A stretch of 64,000 nucleotides of DNA from an uncultured Candidatus Saccharibacteria bacterium (lineage in GTDB: Bacteria > Patescibacteriota > Minisyncoccia > Phycocordibacterales > UBA1006): NCBI GenBank assembly GCA_964350165.1, contig CAYGJA010000001.1, positions 312,377 to 376,376 on the forward strand, given 5' to 3'. The position numbers and the translations under genes are program-made. The notes under the pieces were generated by a model that saw only the letters and a list, made by a program, of their open reading frames with translations, was not told where the DNA came from and did no database searches. Below are positions 1 through 10,415 of this stretch, in pieces; positions within the stretch are counted from its first letter, which is position 1; each line of letters opens with the position of its first letter.

Positions 1-915
1 CCGCGTATGCAATCCGTCGGCTTCCCCTTCATAAATTACCGCCCCGTCGCTCTTGGCAAAAATGGACCCAACATATTCCTCTACAATAGCTTTCCCAACC
101 CTGCCAGCTTCAGATTCGAACACAAAATCATCAAAATGCGATCCCAGGCGAGCGGTGATTTCTTTAAAATATTCCAAATTAAAATCTCGCCCCTGTTGAT
201 ACACTTCCCAGGCGCGGTTTTTCTCACCAGCATAAATCTCCCGGGTAATAGCTCGGATTTCTTCTTTGGCTGCTTCGTTTTCTTCGTACGCGTTGGTACC
301 GGCCACATAGGCATCACCCATCAATGCAAGCTTGTCTTTGGCGGGGACTGATTCATCAGTCAGGGCCTCGTGGCCATTCTGCAACAGTGCCCAGACAGCC
401 TTGCCAATCCCCAGAGATACATCAGATGGATATGACAAAGGCACCACGGTAGCACCAGCTGCGCGCATCAGGCGCACCAACGATTCGCCCACGGTGTTGT
501 TCATGACATGACCAATATGGAAAGGTTTGAACAAATTAGGGCTGGAGTGTTCTACGAGAATTTTTTTATCGGCAAAAATGTTGCTTTTCCCAAAAGAATC
601 TTTTGCATGTAAAGCCAATTGCACATTTTCTAAAGAAGATTGCGGAGAAAGAGTAATGTTGATAAATCCGGGACCCGCCGGAACAATGGCTGCCACCTTG
701 GTCGCAATCGCTTCTTCACCTAATTTTTCACAAAAATCAATCGCCAAATCACGAGGGTTTTTGCCAGCCTGACTAGCTAGCTGCATGGCAATATTACAAC
801 TGTAGTCACCAAATTTGGTCTCAGAAATAATCTCCAAATCAACCACGGCTCCAGAAAAACCTAGCTTGTCCGCAACGTTTTGGATTGCATGCTTTAATTC
901 GTTCTGAATACTCAT
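1..915 (-). CDS. argS: Arginine--tRNA ligase, N-terminal part (runs off window start)
   Basis: Not in the ORF track. Manual translation from ATG at 915: MSIQNELKHAIQ...KFGDYSCNIAM...GPGFIN...VEHSSPNLFKPFHIGH (HIGH motif); open to base 1. Confidence 0.95.
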   Translation of the reverse strand, partial: MSIQNELKHAIQNVADKLGFSGAVVDLEIISETKFGDYSCNIAMQLASQAGKNPRDLAIDFCEKLGEEAIATKVAAIVPAGPGFINITLSPQSSLENVQLALHAKDSFGKSNIFADKKILVEHSSPNLFKPFHIGHVMNNTVGESLVRLMRAAGATVVPLSYPSDVSLGIGKAVWALLQNGHEALTDESVPAKDKLALMGDAYVAGTNAYEENEAAKEEIRAITREIYAGEKNRAWEVYQQGRDFNLEYFKEITARLGSHFDDFVFESEAGRVGKAIVEEYVGSIFAKSDGAVIYEGEADGLHTR

Positions 916-1004
916 GCCTTGATTATACACAGCCGGTCTGGTTTGTCAGGGTCATGATATAGTTAGATTAATAATTAAACATTTTTAAAATAAAGCTTTC
1001 TATT

Positions 1005-1832
1005 ATGGAAAAGATTAATAACTTTGAAAAGCAAGACACACCCGATGGTGACCTTAAAAAAATTGATGATATAGAAAAATTAAATTTACCAGATTTTGAA
1101 AGTACAATAACAAGCGGACTTGCTGAGGTTCGTGCTATGCAAGAACAAGTAGAAATTCTGCTCACCGAAATTCAAACAATATTTGCAAAAAGAGATTATG
1201 CCCACGATGACTTAGCAGGACTTCTTAGTCGAGCACATATGCTAACCCAGTTTTCTTTACCAGACACAATTAAATCTTTCAAAGACAAGGAATTAGCTCT
1301 AGCTGGCCCTGGCTTTTCTAAGGGACAAAAAGCCCTTTTGTTTATTCTTGGCATCTTGCGTGGTGGAAGCGCTCTCGATCTTTTTACCAAAAGCATAAAA
1401 ACAGAGGCCACCCGAACAAATGTCCTCCGTGTCGTGGAAGAATTAGAACAATCAGCCCAAAAAACAGCCAACCACCTAAAGGTACTCATTCATCAATACA
1501 GAGAAGCTGACAAGCGAACTCCTGAACAAAAAGAAAAAGACAGAATTGTAGAAATTACCAAGCGCAAACAAGAACTTTATGGAATTGTTACTGCTATCGA
1601 GAAAGAGCTCGAAAGGGTAGAATCTCTAAGAGAGCAGAAAAATCTGTCCTCCATGGGAGATGGAAACACGCCTGACATAATCAGAAACGCTTTGAAGAAA
1701 CAATCAATCCCAACCCCTGGCAGAGGGGAATCTTATATTGTCGATATTGAAGGCCTTCTCTCACAATCAAAGAAAGAGATTGAGCATATCGAGAGAGAAT
1801 TGGCCAAACTTAACAAATCAAACAACGAGTAA
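1005..1832 (+). CDS. Hypothetical coiled-coil protein
   Basis: 275-aa ORF, E/K/L-rich helical pattern, no recognisable motif. Confidence 0.7.
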   Translation: MEKINNFEKQDTPDGDLKKIDDIEKLNLPDFESTITSGLAEVRAMQEQVEILLTEIQTIFAKRDYAHDDLAGLLSRAHMLTQFSLPDTIKSFKDKELALAGPGFSKGQKALLFILGILRGGSALDLFTKSIKTEATRTNVLRVVEELEQSAQKTANHLKVLIHQYREADKRTPEQKEKDRIVEITKRKQELYGIVTAIEKELERVESLREQKNLSSMGDGNTPDIIRNALKKQSIPTPGRGESYIVDIEGLLSQSKKEIEHIERELAKLNKSNNE

Positions 1833-1863
1833 TATTAATATTTTCTATAACTAACCTTATTCC

Positions 1864-1986
1864 ATGATAGAACCATCACAACTAGAGCAACTCCTAGAAG
1901 AATTGAAAGATTTCAAGACCGCATTAGCCAATCTCGAACAATCACTCGAGCAGGCGAAAGCCGAAGCAAGCAACAGTGCTGACTAG
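1864..1986 (+). CDS. Possible 40-aa coiled-coil peptide
   Basis: Manual translation MIEPSQLEQLLEELKDFKTALANLEQSLEQAKAEASNSAD*, heptad pattern, fills the gap before dut. Confidence 0.4.
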   Translation: MIEPSQLEQLLEELKDFKTALANLEQSLEQAKAEASNSAD

Positions 1987-2402
1987 TATCCCGTTGACCC
2001 AAAACCATCAGCACCGCGATTTGTATCCCCCAGCTCTGCTTCTTCTATTGTTACTGATTCGAATTTTTGGATAATCATCTGGGCGACCTTATCACCAGCT
2101 GCAAATTCATATGGCTCATCACTAACATTAATTAGCCCAATCTTGATTTCTCCACGATAGGTGGCGTCAATCACGCCGCCAAAAGTCTTGATTCCGTGCT
2201 TGAAAGCTAGGCCGGATTTTTCCCAAATCAATCCCACGCACCCATCAGGAATAGCAGCCGCAATACCCGTTGCCACGCTTTTCCGTTCTCCTGGTTGAAG
2301 TGCAAAAGCCTCTACGGTGCGAATATCCAGTCCTGCGTCCCCATCGTGTCCATAGGTTGGCAGTTGGGCTTTGGGATGTAGTTTTTGTATTTTTAGATTC
2401 AT
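1983..2402 (-). CDS. dut: dUTP diphosphatase (trimeric dUTPase)
   Basis: DAGLD, KSGLA, GVIDATYRGE, KVAQ and RGADGFGSTG motifs. Confidence 0.97.
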   Translation of the reverse strand: MNLKIQKLHPKAQLPTYGHDGDAGLDIRTVEAFALQPGERKSVATGIAAAIPDGCVGLIWEKSGLAFKHGIKTFGGVIDATYRGEIKIGLINVSDEPYEFAAGDKVAQMIIQKFESVTIEEAELGDTNRGADGFGSTGY

Positions 2403-2405
2403 GAA

Positions 2406-3080
2406 TTAGCTAGTTATAATAGTAATGATTTTTTGATGAATTTGTTCTGGTGTTAACAGCTGACCTTCTTTGACACAGGTAATCGTATGCCAATAGGGAT
2501 AACGCTCCGCAGTGAATCGATAAGCAGATTGGGCTCTTTTTATATGATCATCACTGCCTTCGTGTTGATCGTATTCTCCGTCGATATATTCTTTGTCTGC
2601 TCTTCCCCTTGTTTGCAACATGTCCTGAACATGCTCAAAATCAACGTCCAGATAAAACACAAAATCAGGTTTTGGGATTCCAAAGACCTGATATTCCATC
2701 TCATCGAGCCAAGTTAACATGGCCGCTTTTTCTTCATCGTTGTCTAGCTTGCCCACTTGATGTCCTTTGTTCGAAGTCATATATCTATCAAGAATTACAA
2801 TGTCACCGTCCGACAACCACTGAAGCAACGTGTCTTTTGCTTCAAAGCGATCACAGGCATACAGGATGGAAGCCAAACGTGGATCGATTTTGGTGGCATC
2901 GCCAAACTTTCCGTTCAGATAATCGTCAACAACGACTCCAAAAAACTTTTCTTGATGTCTTGGAAAATGAATACTCCGGACAGTGTGTCCGGCTGATTCA
3001 AAATACTTTTTTAATAATGCAAATTGGGTGGTTTTTCCAGAACCGTCCACCCCCTCAATAGCAATCAGTCTCCCGCTCAC
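2406..3080 (-). CDS. tmk: Thymidylate kinase
   Basis: IAIEGVDGSGKTTQ P-loop, ILDRY, PDFVFYLDV. Confidence 0.93.
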   Translation of the reverse strand: MSGRLIAIEGVDGSGKTTQFALLKKYFESAGHTVRSIHFPRHQEKFFGVVVDDYLNGKFGDATKIDPRLASILYACDRFEAKDTLLQWLSDGDIVILDRYMTSNKGHQVGKLDNDEEKAAMLTWLDEMEYQVFGIPKPDFVFYLDVDFEHVQDMLQTRGRADKEYIDGEYDQHEGSDDHIKRAQSAYRFTAERYPYWHTITCVKEGQLLTPEQIHQKIITIITS

Positions 3081-3119
3081 GAGGTGATTATATCATGACC
3101 ATTAGATTGCCCGAGCGAG

Positions 3120-4367
3120 CTAGTTATGGTGTGTTGGAATAGGATACGCAAGGGCTAGCTGTTTTATGCGCCCGGCTACTTTTTGCTTGGTTTCTGCATC
3201 CTCAGGATCACGAAGAACTTCTATTATCAAGCGCGCAACTTCGGCACAAGCTGACTCATCAAAGCCTCGCGTGGTCAAAGCAGGAGTACCTAAACGAATC
3301 CCAGAAGGATCCATGGCCGAGCGAGGGTCGTCAGGAATCATGTTCATATTCAAAGTAATACCAACCTCATCGAGGACCTCTTGGGCTCTTTTGCCCGAAA
3401 CACCAAGCCCCCCAAAAACATCGACCAATAGTAGATGATTATCGGTTCCCCCAGCAACCAGAGCAATTTCATTTTCCAAAAAAACCTCAGCCATGGCACG
3501 AGCGTTCTTCACAATCTGTTCGGCATATATTTTAAAACTAGGTTGCAGAGCTTCATGAAAACAAACCGCTTTGGCGGCTATCAAATGCATCAAGGGGCCA
3601 CCCTGGAGACCAGGAAAAACAGACTTGTCTATTTTTTGTGCCAGGTCTGCATCTTCTCGCACCAATACCATACCCCCACGTGGGCCACGCAGGCTCTTGT
3701 GAGTGGTGGTGGTCATAATATCAAAGCCAGCATCAAAAGGATTTTTGGCGGCACCGCCGGCAATAAGCCCTGCAATGTGTGCAACATCGGCCACGGCTAG
3801 GGCTCCCACTTCTCGGGCAATAGCAACAAAGCGATCATAATCAAGTTCTCTCGAGTAGGCAGAAAAACCAGCCAAGATTATCTTTGGTTTATGTTCAAGA
3901 GCGGTTTTGCGCAAATCTTCAAAATCTATCTCCCCTGTCGTCACGTCTTTCATTTTGTAGCGAACAAAGTTAAAAATTTTGGTGACATACGTAACCGGAT
4001 GACCATGGGTCAAATGCCCTCCGTGTGACAAGTCCATACCGAGCACGGTGTCACCCGGCTGAAGAAGCGCAAAATACATAGCCAAATTTGCATTAGAACC
4101 AGAATGGGGTTGCACATTTGCAAATTTGCATCGAAAAAGCTCTTTTGCCCGCTCGATAGCCAGAGTTTCAATCTGGTCAGTATGCGCCTGGCCTCCGTAA
4201 TATCTCCGACCTGGATACCCCTCAGAATATTTGTTTGTAAGCACCGAACCAGCCGCCGCCATAACATCTGCGGAAGCGTAATTTTCTGAAGGAATAAGCT
4301 CGAGCCCTTCTTTTTGGCGCTTCTCTTCTAACTGTATTGCATTCCAGAGATTTTGGTCTTTCATCAA
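3120..4367 (-). CDS. glyA: Serine hydroxymethyltransferase
   Basis: LIPSENY, NKYSEGYPGRRYYGG, GGHLTHG, TTTTHKSLRGPRGG (PLP lysine). Confidence 0.98.
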   Translation of the reverse strand: MMKDQNLWNAIQLEEKRQKEGLELIPSENYASADVMAAAGSVLTNKYSEGYPGRRYYGGQAHTDQIETLAIERAKELFRCKFANVQPHSGSNANLAMYFALLQPGDTVLGMDLSHGGHLTHGHPVTYVTKIFNFVRYKMKDVTTGEIDFEDLRKTALEHKPKIILAGFSAYSRELDYDRFVAIAREVGALAVADVAHIAGLIAGGAAKNPFDAGFDIMTTTTHKSLRGPRGGMVLVREDADLAQKIDKSVFPGLQGGPLMHLIAAKAVCFHEALQPSFKIYAEQIVKNARAMAEVFLENEIALVAGGTDNHLLLVDVFGGLGVSGKRAQEVLDEVGITLNMNMIPDDPRSAMDPSGIRLGTPALTTRGFDESACAEVARLIIEVLRDPEDAETKQKVAGRIKQLALAYPIPTHHN

Positions 4368-4390
4368 AATGAGTTTAGCACAACAGGTCG

Positions 4391-4882
4391 CTAATCAGAT
4401 ACCAACGAACGACTCACTTTGCCTTCGTCAGTCTGGGTTACATTCATGACTCGAATCACACGTCGGGCACCAAAAGAATTACCACATCCCAAATTACTGC
4501 CCACGGAACGTATTGTGTAGTCATCAGTTTTGTTTTTTCTTACGTACACCGTGGCACAAGCAAGTCGATTACCGTCTATCTGAAACCTATAATCATAATC
4601 CTCGAAATCAGCATTCTCCAAAACAATCGCTTGGTCAAAGCAAGTATCAACTTTTCCTCCTGCAAAAGCCTGCTGGAAAATAGCTTGCGACAATCCACAC
4701 TCGAGACCATTAACAGCAATGTGCTCTGCTTCGTAAATGTCTTCTATTTGACCAGCGATACGAGACCGGCTGAGAGCTAAAAAAATCATAGACTGAATAA
4801 TGACAGCCAGCACGGCCACAACAAGCACCGTAATAGCCAGAGCGGCTCCTTTTTGATTAGTTTTTTTTGCTGAAAATTTCAT
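4391..4882 (-). CDS. PilX/GspK-like minor pilin
   Basis: KG|AALAIT prepilin-like cleavage site lacking E5, hydrophobic helix, last gene of the pilin cluster. Confidence 0.7.
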   Translation of the reverse strand: MKFSAKKTNQKGAALAITVLVVAVLAVIIQSMIFLALSRSRIAGQIEDIYEAEHIAVNGLECGLSQAIFQQAFAGGKVDTCFDQAIVLENADFEDYDYRFQIDGNRLACATVYVRKNKTDDYTIRSVGSNLGCGNSFGARRVIRVMNVTQTDEGKVSRSLVSD

Positions 4883-4886
4883 AAGA

Positions 4887-6503
4887 CTAATACTGGTGCA
4901 AATGCATACAAACCGTAAACATGCTGTTGTTCTCTGCTAATGCTGGATGGGAATGCTTGACCTGAATACTGGCAACCCCAGAAGGCACGCTCAGTGGGTC
5001 GTTCACCACTCCAGCCCAGCCAGCATCGGCCACGCCATCTGGTATGTCTTGAGTGTCTCCAGTGCGAGCGATTTCGGTACCCGAAGAATCAAGAAAACTC
5101 ACATAGTATTGTTCATATGGCTGATCTCCGTGCTCTATTCGATATTCTCCATAGTCGTGAGCCTGTAAAGTAACTCGGTAGTCACCCGCAGGAACAGAAG
5201 CCGCCACAATCGGACCAGTGGTCGCCCAGCCTGGATTTAGGAACTGATCCCCCAGAGCCACCAGCGTTTCTGAGCCATCTTCGGCAAAATAAAGACATTC
5301 TCCATAGTCAATTGGTTCTACTGGGGCTACAAAAGCAGTACAGTAATACACATTTCCGCCCGGTTGAATCTGAATGCGCTCATAATTATCAAAGTTAATA
5401 ATGTCATCATCGCAGTACATTTCGGCCGAATAATCGCTTTGTGGATCATCCCAAGTGTCAGGATTATCATCATCAAAATAATGAGAAAACGGAACATATC
5501 CCTCTTTCATAACGAATCGTAAAGCAAAGTTAACCGCAGAATCCGCGGGGTTCGGTACAAAAATCGCTGTGCGTCCCTCGATGTCTGTGTCTCCAAAAGT
5601 ACGCCACTCATTTGTGGCTGGTTCACGACCAGCGTCAAGCACGGGATCCCAGGTGTCAGTTCCGGGTCCACCACTGCCATCAGCCTCTCCAACGAGGTCA
5701 GGGGCAGTGTTTTCTACCCACCTGGTTTCATCAATACTGGACATCGCTCCGCCTTCTTCGTGACCCCAAGTAAGGAAGCCCCACTGGAATTTCCAATCTG
5801 GCGAAAGAAAACAACCAGGATGAGTGTCGACATAATTAACGGCAGTGTCTTTTACAATACCTTCGGCAGGACTTTGCCCTTCTATAGCCCAATTAGGCAA
5901 ATCTGCTTCGGTAGGACACTCGACGACGCTAAGGATTACTCGACCATAATTAGAATAGGCGCCCATGTCATACCAATTAACAAAGGTACGTTCGTATGTT
6001 TTTTCAAATGTGCGTGCCCTATCTTGCCAGCGAACAGTCACCGATACTTTCATTTCGGCATCAGTAAGCATGGTCATCCGGATCTCTCTTTCATAACCAG
6101 TGTCTACTCCAGTGTCTGTTTCGTCTACGTCCTGAACAAAAAAATTAGTACCTTCGGCCCTCACTACGGGCTGACATTCACTGCCACACGTAGGAAAAGT
6201 AGCTGCATTAAAAGCATTGATTTTCATTTGGCAGGTTTTGCCGTCCTTGCAACCATTAAAAGGAGCCTCAAACAAAGCTTTCTCGTCTAAAACATTGTCA
6301 TACAAAGCCCGTTGCACCCCAGCAAAAACATCCTCGGCGAGAAGAATGGCGCCATGGGTTTTGGTCGCCTGACTATTCAAGACCAAAGAACGAGCAGAAA
6401 CAAGAAACAAAGAAGCAACCGCAACCGACAAAACAAAAGCAGCTGCAATTACTTCTATAAGAGTAAAACCTTGTTGTTTGTTTTGCTTCATGGGTATGTT
6501 CAT
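4887..6503 (-). CDS. PilV-like prepilin with large acidic C-terminal extension
   Basis: QQG|FTLIE N-methylation motif; ~350-aa D/G/W-rich C-terminal region. Confidence 0.85.
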   Translation of the reverse strand: MNIPMKQNKQQGFTLIEVIAAAFVLSVAVASLFLVSARSLVLNSQATKTHGAILLAEDVFAGVQRALYDNVLDEKALFEAPFNGCKDGKTCQMKINAFNAATFPTCGSECQPVVRAEGTNFFVQDVDETDTGVDTGYEREIRMTMLTDAEMKVSVTVRWQDRARTFEKTYERTFVNWYDMGAYSNYGRVILSVVECPTEADLPNWAIEGQSPAEGIVKDTAVNYVDTHPGCFLSPDWKFQWGFLTWGHEEGGAMSSIDETRWVENTAPDLVGEADGSGGPGTDTWDPVLDAGREPATNEWRTFGDTDIEGRTAIFVPNPADSAVNFALRFVMKEGYVPFSHYFDDDNPDTWDDPQSDYSAEMYCDDDIINFDNYERIQIQPGGNVYYCTAFVAPVEPIDYGECLYFAEDGSETLVALGDQFLNPGWATTGPIVAASVPAGDYRVTLQAHDYGEYRIEHGDQPYEQYYVSFLDSSGTEIARTGDTQDIPDGVADAGWAGVVNDPLSVPSGVASIQVKHSHPALAENNSMFTVCMHLHQY

Positions 6504-6509
6504 TATAGG

Positions 6510-7055
6510 CTATTGATTAACATCAAGTGAGTACAATGTGATGTAACGGAAAGCATAGACTTCCCCGCCAGAACTCAAAGCTGAATTCATGGTCACTAGC
6601 ACAAGGTGTTGATTTGTGGCTGGTTCACTCAAGCCAAGTATTGCTCCTCGCACAAAAAAAGTCAGTTCTTGGATCGAGCCACCAAAACCAGAGGCTGCGA
6701 CGACTGGCGTGCCGTCGTTTACACTTCGCAGAACCTCCCCATCAACTAATTCATAGCTAATGATGTCACCGTTTACGTCCTCAAGCACAAAAACAGGACC
6801 ACCATCGGTGCAGTTTTTTTCCAAACTACCGCAACCGATTCTTTGGGCCAAATGAACCTCTCGCTCGAGTCTATCCAAGAAGGTATACATTTCGCTTTGT
6901 AGTAAAGTCTTGAAGCGGGACTCTCGTTCTCTGGCAACACCAGATACTAACCCTCCAAGCACCACCGTGATAATCAGCAAAAACAAACTAATAGCAACCA
7001 GTACTTCCACCAACGTAAAACCTTTTTGGTTTGTTTTTTTTATTTGCCTACTCAT
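6510..7055 (-). CDS. Type IV minor pilin (PilW/GspJ-like)
   Basis: KG|FTLVE motif followed by hydrophobic helix. Confidence 0.88.
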   Translation of the reverse strand: MSRQIKKTNQKGFTLVEVLVAISLFLLIITVVLGGLVSGVARERESRFKTLLQSEMYTFLDRLEREVHLAQRIGCGSLEKNCTDGGPVFVLEDVNGDIISYELVDGEVLRSVNDGTPVVAASGFGGSIQELTFFVRGAILGLSEPATNQHLVLVTMNSALSSGGEVYAFRYITLYSLDVNQ

Positions 7056-7606
7056 GATGCTATTTCAATTACTCCCAAAGTATTTACGCTAAAATCAATA
7101 GTCTGATCTCTTAATTTTAGCTGATAAAAACCAGATGCTCCGGTAATCTCACTGCCGTCCTGAACTATTTTAAAATAAGGCGAAGAACTCGCCCAAGTAA
7201 AGACAACATCCGATTCGACGGCAACACAACCAATATCCAAAGCCGAGCAATACAAAAATTCAACTTCTTTGCCCATAACATATTGCTCTTCCAGCAAATC
7301 ATTAACATCAAAATCCCCGGGGTTACCTACCCCAGAATCAAAATAAATCTCAACCAGATGAGGATTGCCGGCCAAAATTACAACATGAACGTTCTGCTGG
7401 GCACGATCATCGTCCTGCTTGGATCGACTCAACACTGACGCCTGAGAAAACGCAACATCAAAAACCCCATAAGCCGCCTGCAATGTGTGACGAGTACGTC
7501 CACCGTCCCCATTAAAAACAATCAAAGTCGACATAATAGCAATTAGTGCTATCACCACCAACAGTTCGACTAACGTAAATCCTCGATTGTTGTTACTTGT
7601 GTTCAT
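7052..7606 (-). CDS. Type IV minor pilin (FimT/GspH-like)
   Basis: RG|FTLVELLVVIALIA motif. Confidence 0.88.
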   Translation of the reverse strand: MNTSNNNRGFTLVELLVVIALIAIMSTLIVFNGDGGRTRHTLQAAYGVFDVAFSQASVLSRSKQDDDRAQQNVHVVILAGNPHLVEIYFDSGVGNPGDFDVNDLLEEQYVMGKEVEFLYCSALDIGCVAVESDVVFTWASSSPYFKIVQDGSEITGASGFYQLKLRDQTIDFSVNTLGVIEIAS

Positions 7607-7609
7607 ATA

Positions 7610-8152
7610 CTAGAAAAGTCTTCGCAATGCAGCAGGTTTCATAATGTCGTAAACAGGGTCAGCCCCATTGATACCATCCAAGACAGACGCATCAGTAACA
7701 CAATGCGTAACGCCTTCTGGTTGTACGGCAGAATCAACATCATGGTCTTCTTCTAAGAGTGAGTTATCGGCATCCAACACGGTAGCCAAATGATAACCAA
7801 CACAATTTGTAGGAGATAATGACGCATACGGAACATACAGAAGCGACGACATGTCTTCGGCTTCACCCACACTAATCAAATCAGCTAAAGTGGTTCCGGA
7901 CGGGCACCCTTCATTCGCCTCGAGAGGAAATGTATCGCTTCCGCCCATCTGAGGTGGATATTGGCCACATAGATTTGCGTATTGCTCTAACGCAAGTTCT
8001 GCTAATTGAAAAACAGACTGATCTTTGACTTCATTTGCGCGTTTTCGAAAAGAAAAAATATCGCCAAAAAATATACCTGTTGCCAAGAAGCCAACAAATC
8101 CTACTACGACCAAAAGCTCAACCAAACTAAATCCTTTTTTGTTGCGCGACAT
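7610..8152 (-). CDS. Type IV pilin (GspG-like)
   Basis: Start moved to MSRNKKG|FSLVE (ATG at 8152); ALEQY..GQYP pattern typical of GspG-like pilins. Confidence 0.85.
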   Translation of the reverse strand: MSRNKKGFSLVELLVVVGFVGFLATGIFFGDIFSFRKRANEVKDQSVFQLAELALEQYANLCGQYPPQMGGSDTFPLEANEGCPSGTTLADLISVGEAEDMSSLLYVPYASLSPTNCVGYHLATVLDADNSLLEEDHDVDSAVQPEGVTHCVTDASVLDGINGADPVYDIMKPAALRRLF

Positions 8153-8235
8153 TACTTGTATGGTATCACGTACCAGAAATGGCCGATAAACCATAGTGGT
8201 ATACTGACCGCTGACAGCAGATAACAACACCAGTC

Positions 8236-9588
8236 ATGAGCATCAAAAAACTATCTCACACCTTTCTTTCAATACCAACCGGAGGTGAAGTAATCATCCT
8301 AAATACCGGCAGTGTTATCGACAGTGAGGCCGAAGCCATGCTTCAGGCCCTCCACTCTCGCTCTATTGGAGGCCTGCGCAATCATCTAGAAGTTCTTTCC
8401 GAAAAAGGTGCGGATAATTTTATGGCTAATTTTTATGTTGGCTATGGCCACAAATCAATTGGAGACTGTGGCACTACCACTATTTTTGTAGAAGGCGTTT
8501 CTATGCTGGCAGCCAAAGCAATCCAAGATTGGCCACTCTACAGCGGACAAGAGGCTTCCACGCGTTATATAGATTTTCAAACACAACCCTTTTTTGATCC
8601 CACCGACAGCCCAACAGGTAAAGAAATACTAGAAACATGGAGAGATTTTTATACAAAATCACTTCCAGCCGTGCAGGCTCATGTTTCAAAGCAATATCCG
8701 AAAAAAGAATCAGAAAAAGAAAGTATTTACATCAAGGCCGTAGCAGCTCGAGCTTTTGATATCTTGCGCGGTTTTTTACCTGCCGGCGCTACCACTAACC
8801 TGGCCTGGCACACCAATCTTCGTCAGGCTGCGGACAAGCTGGCGACCCTTCGCCATCATCCACTAAACGAGGTTCGCTCTATCGCATTAACAATAGAACA
8901 AGCGCTCCAAAAAGCTCATCCCAACTCTTTCCATCACAAACAATACCCAGAAACCGAAGAATACCTGGCCAAAACCATGACCGAGTATTATTTCTCTCCT
9001 GATTACCAAATCACAGAACTGTCCTTAACAAATAATTCGATTCAAAAAAAACTACTCTCCCAAAGTCTTCTAGCAACTCGGCCTCAAAAAACAGAGCTTC
9101 CCAAGCATTTGGCAGAAGCGGGTACTCTCCAATTTGAATTTCCTCTTGATTTTGGCTCTTACCGAGACCTTCAGAGACACCGAGCCGTTACCCAACGCAT
9201 GCCACTACTCACAGAAGATATCGGATTTCACTCCTGGTACTTTGATCAACTGCCGGCACCCATAAAAAAAGAAGCAGAGGAACTTCTTGAAAAACAAAGC
9301 CTTTCTCTTCTCAAGCTACACTTGTCACCAGAAGAAAAACAATATTTTCTTCCTATGGGATACCAAGTTGCCAACCGTGTCACCGGACCACTTCCTGCCT
9401 GGGTTTATTTGGTGGAACTGCGTGCCACCCGCTTTGTTCACCCCACCCTATCAAATCTGGCTCAACAAATTGCAAAAATACTTGAACAAGAATTCAGTGA
9501 TTGTGGCCTAGTGCTTCATCTAGACAATGAACCAAATCGTTTTGACACCAAGCGTGGCAACCATGATATTCAAATCAAATCCGAGTAA
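8236..9588 (+). CDS. thyX: FAD-dependent thymidylate synthase, double-length form
   Basis: YGHKSI, QEASTRY, FDILRGFLP and RDLQRHR motifs; close to glyA/tmk/dut. Confidence 0.85.
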   Translation: MSIKKLSHTFLSIPTGGEVIILNTGSVIDSEAEAMLQALHSRSIGGLRNHLEVLSEKGADNFMANFYVGYGHKSIGDCGTTTIFVEGVSMLAAKAIQDWPLYSGQEASTRYIDFQTQPFFDPTDSPTGKEILETWRDFYTKSLPAVQAHVSKQYPKKESEKESIYIKAVAARAFDILRGFLPAGATTNLAWHTNLRQAADKLATLRHHPLNEVRSIALTIEQALQKAHPNSFHHKQYPETEEYLAKTMTEYYFSPDYQITELSLTNNSIQKKLLSQSLLATRPQKTELPKHLAEAGTLQFEFPLDFGSYRDLQRHRAVTQRMPLLTEDIGFHSWYFDQLPAPIKKEAEELLEKQSLSLLKLHLSPEEKQYFLPMGYQVANRVTGPLPAWVYLVELRATRFVHPTLSNLAQQIAKILEQEFSDCGLVLHLDNEPNRFDTKRGNHDIQIKSE

Positions 9589-10321
9589 AGCCTGCGAGAG
9601 TCAAGAACTTTTCCACCAACGAATTAGCCTCATTTGTATTCACAAAATCATTTCGAATACTTTCAATGTATTCGTCAGAAAATTGATATTTTTCTTTATA
9701 GCGCTCAGCCCAACGAACAACTGTGTCTTTATCTAATTCTGGATGAAACTGAAACGCATAGAAAAGCTGATTAGGAATCTTGATTGCTTGGATTGGACAT
9801 TTTTTTGTAGAACCCAAATTCACCATACCTTCTGGGACACGGACTGACATTTTTTTATGGTATGCAATCACCGAAAATTCTCTAGGCAGGTCACGAAACA
9901 GAACATCGTTTATACCCTCTGAATTTAAAACAAAATTATAAGTTCCAGACTCTTGATTTTCCTTATCAATCTTAATCTCTCCCCCCAAAGCATGGTTCAC
10001 CATGTGGAACCCCATACAAGATGCCAAAAAAGGAATCTTTTTGTTTTTGATATGAGTGATGGCAGTCAAGACGCTTTCAGTAAAGGGATATTTTTCTTGA
10101 GTAAAATAAACTTCATCATCAGGATCATTAGAAGATCCACCCACAAAAACAGCATCATATTCTTCAAGTTTTTTTTCATCAAAAATGCTTTTCTCAAAAA
10201 CATCCCAAACATCCAATTGGGCTGGGCTGAGTCCCCCAGTCACTAAAAAACGCAAATATTCTTCTTGTTTTGTAAATAAATCTTTTCGTAGTTGTATAAG
10301 TAATACTTTTTGTGCTTTCAT
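9575..10321 (-). CDS. Type 1 glutamine amidotransferase domain protein
   Basis: ASCMGFH nucleophile elbow and QFHPE motif. Confidence 0.9.
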   Translation of the reverse strand: MKAQKVLLIQLRKDLFTKQEEYLRFLVTGGLSPAQLDVWDVFEKSIFDEKKLEEYDAVFVGGSSNDPDDEVYFTQEKYPFTESVLTAITHIKNKKIPFLASCMGFHMVNHALGGEIKIDKENQESGTYNFVLNSEGINDVLFRDLPREFSVIAYHKKMSVRVPEGMVNLGSTKKCPIQAIKIPNQLFYAFQFHPELDKDTVVRWAERYKEKYQFSDEYIESIRNDFVNTNEANSLVEKFLTLAGFTRI

Positions 10322-10355
10322 ATTTTTTGATAATTACTTTTTAACATACAACTAC

Positions 10356-10408
10356 GAAACCACCCAAAACAAAAATCGCCAGTGGCGATTTTTGTTTTGG
10401 GTGGTTTC
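10356..10408. terminator. Long perfect palindrome downstream of rplK (probable terminator)
   Basis: gaaaccacccaaaacaaaaatcgcca-g-tggcgatttttgttttgggtggtttc, 26-bp arms. Confidence 0.7.
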
Positions 10409-10415
10409 TATAAAA

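Noticed and set aside
7-772. Short plus-strand ORFs at the window start
   Set aside because: Antisense to argS, which is open on the minus strand from 915 to 1.
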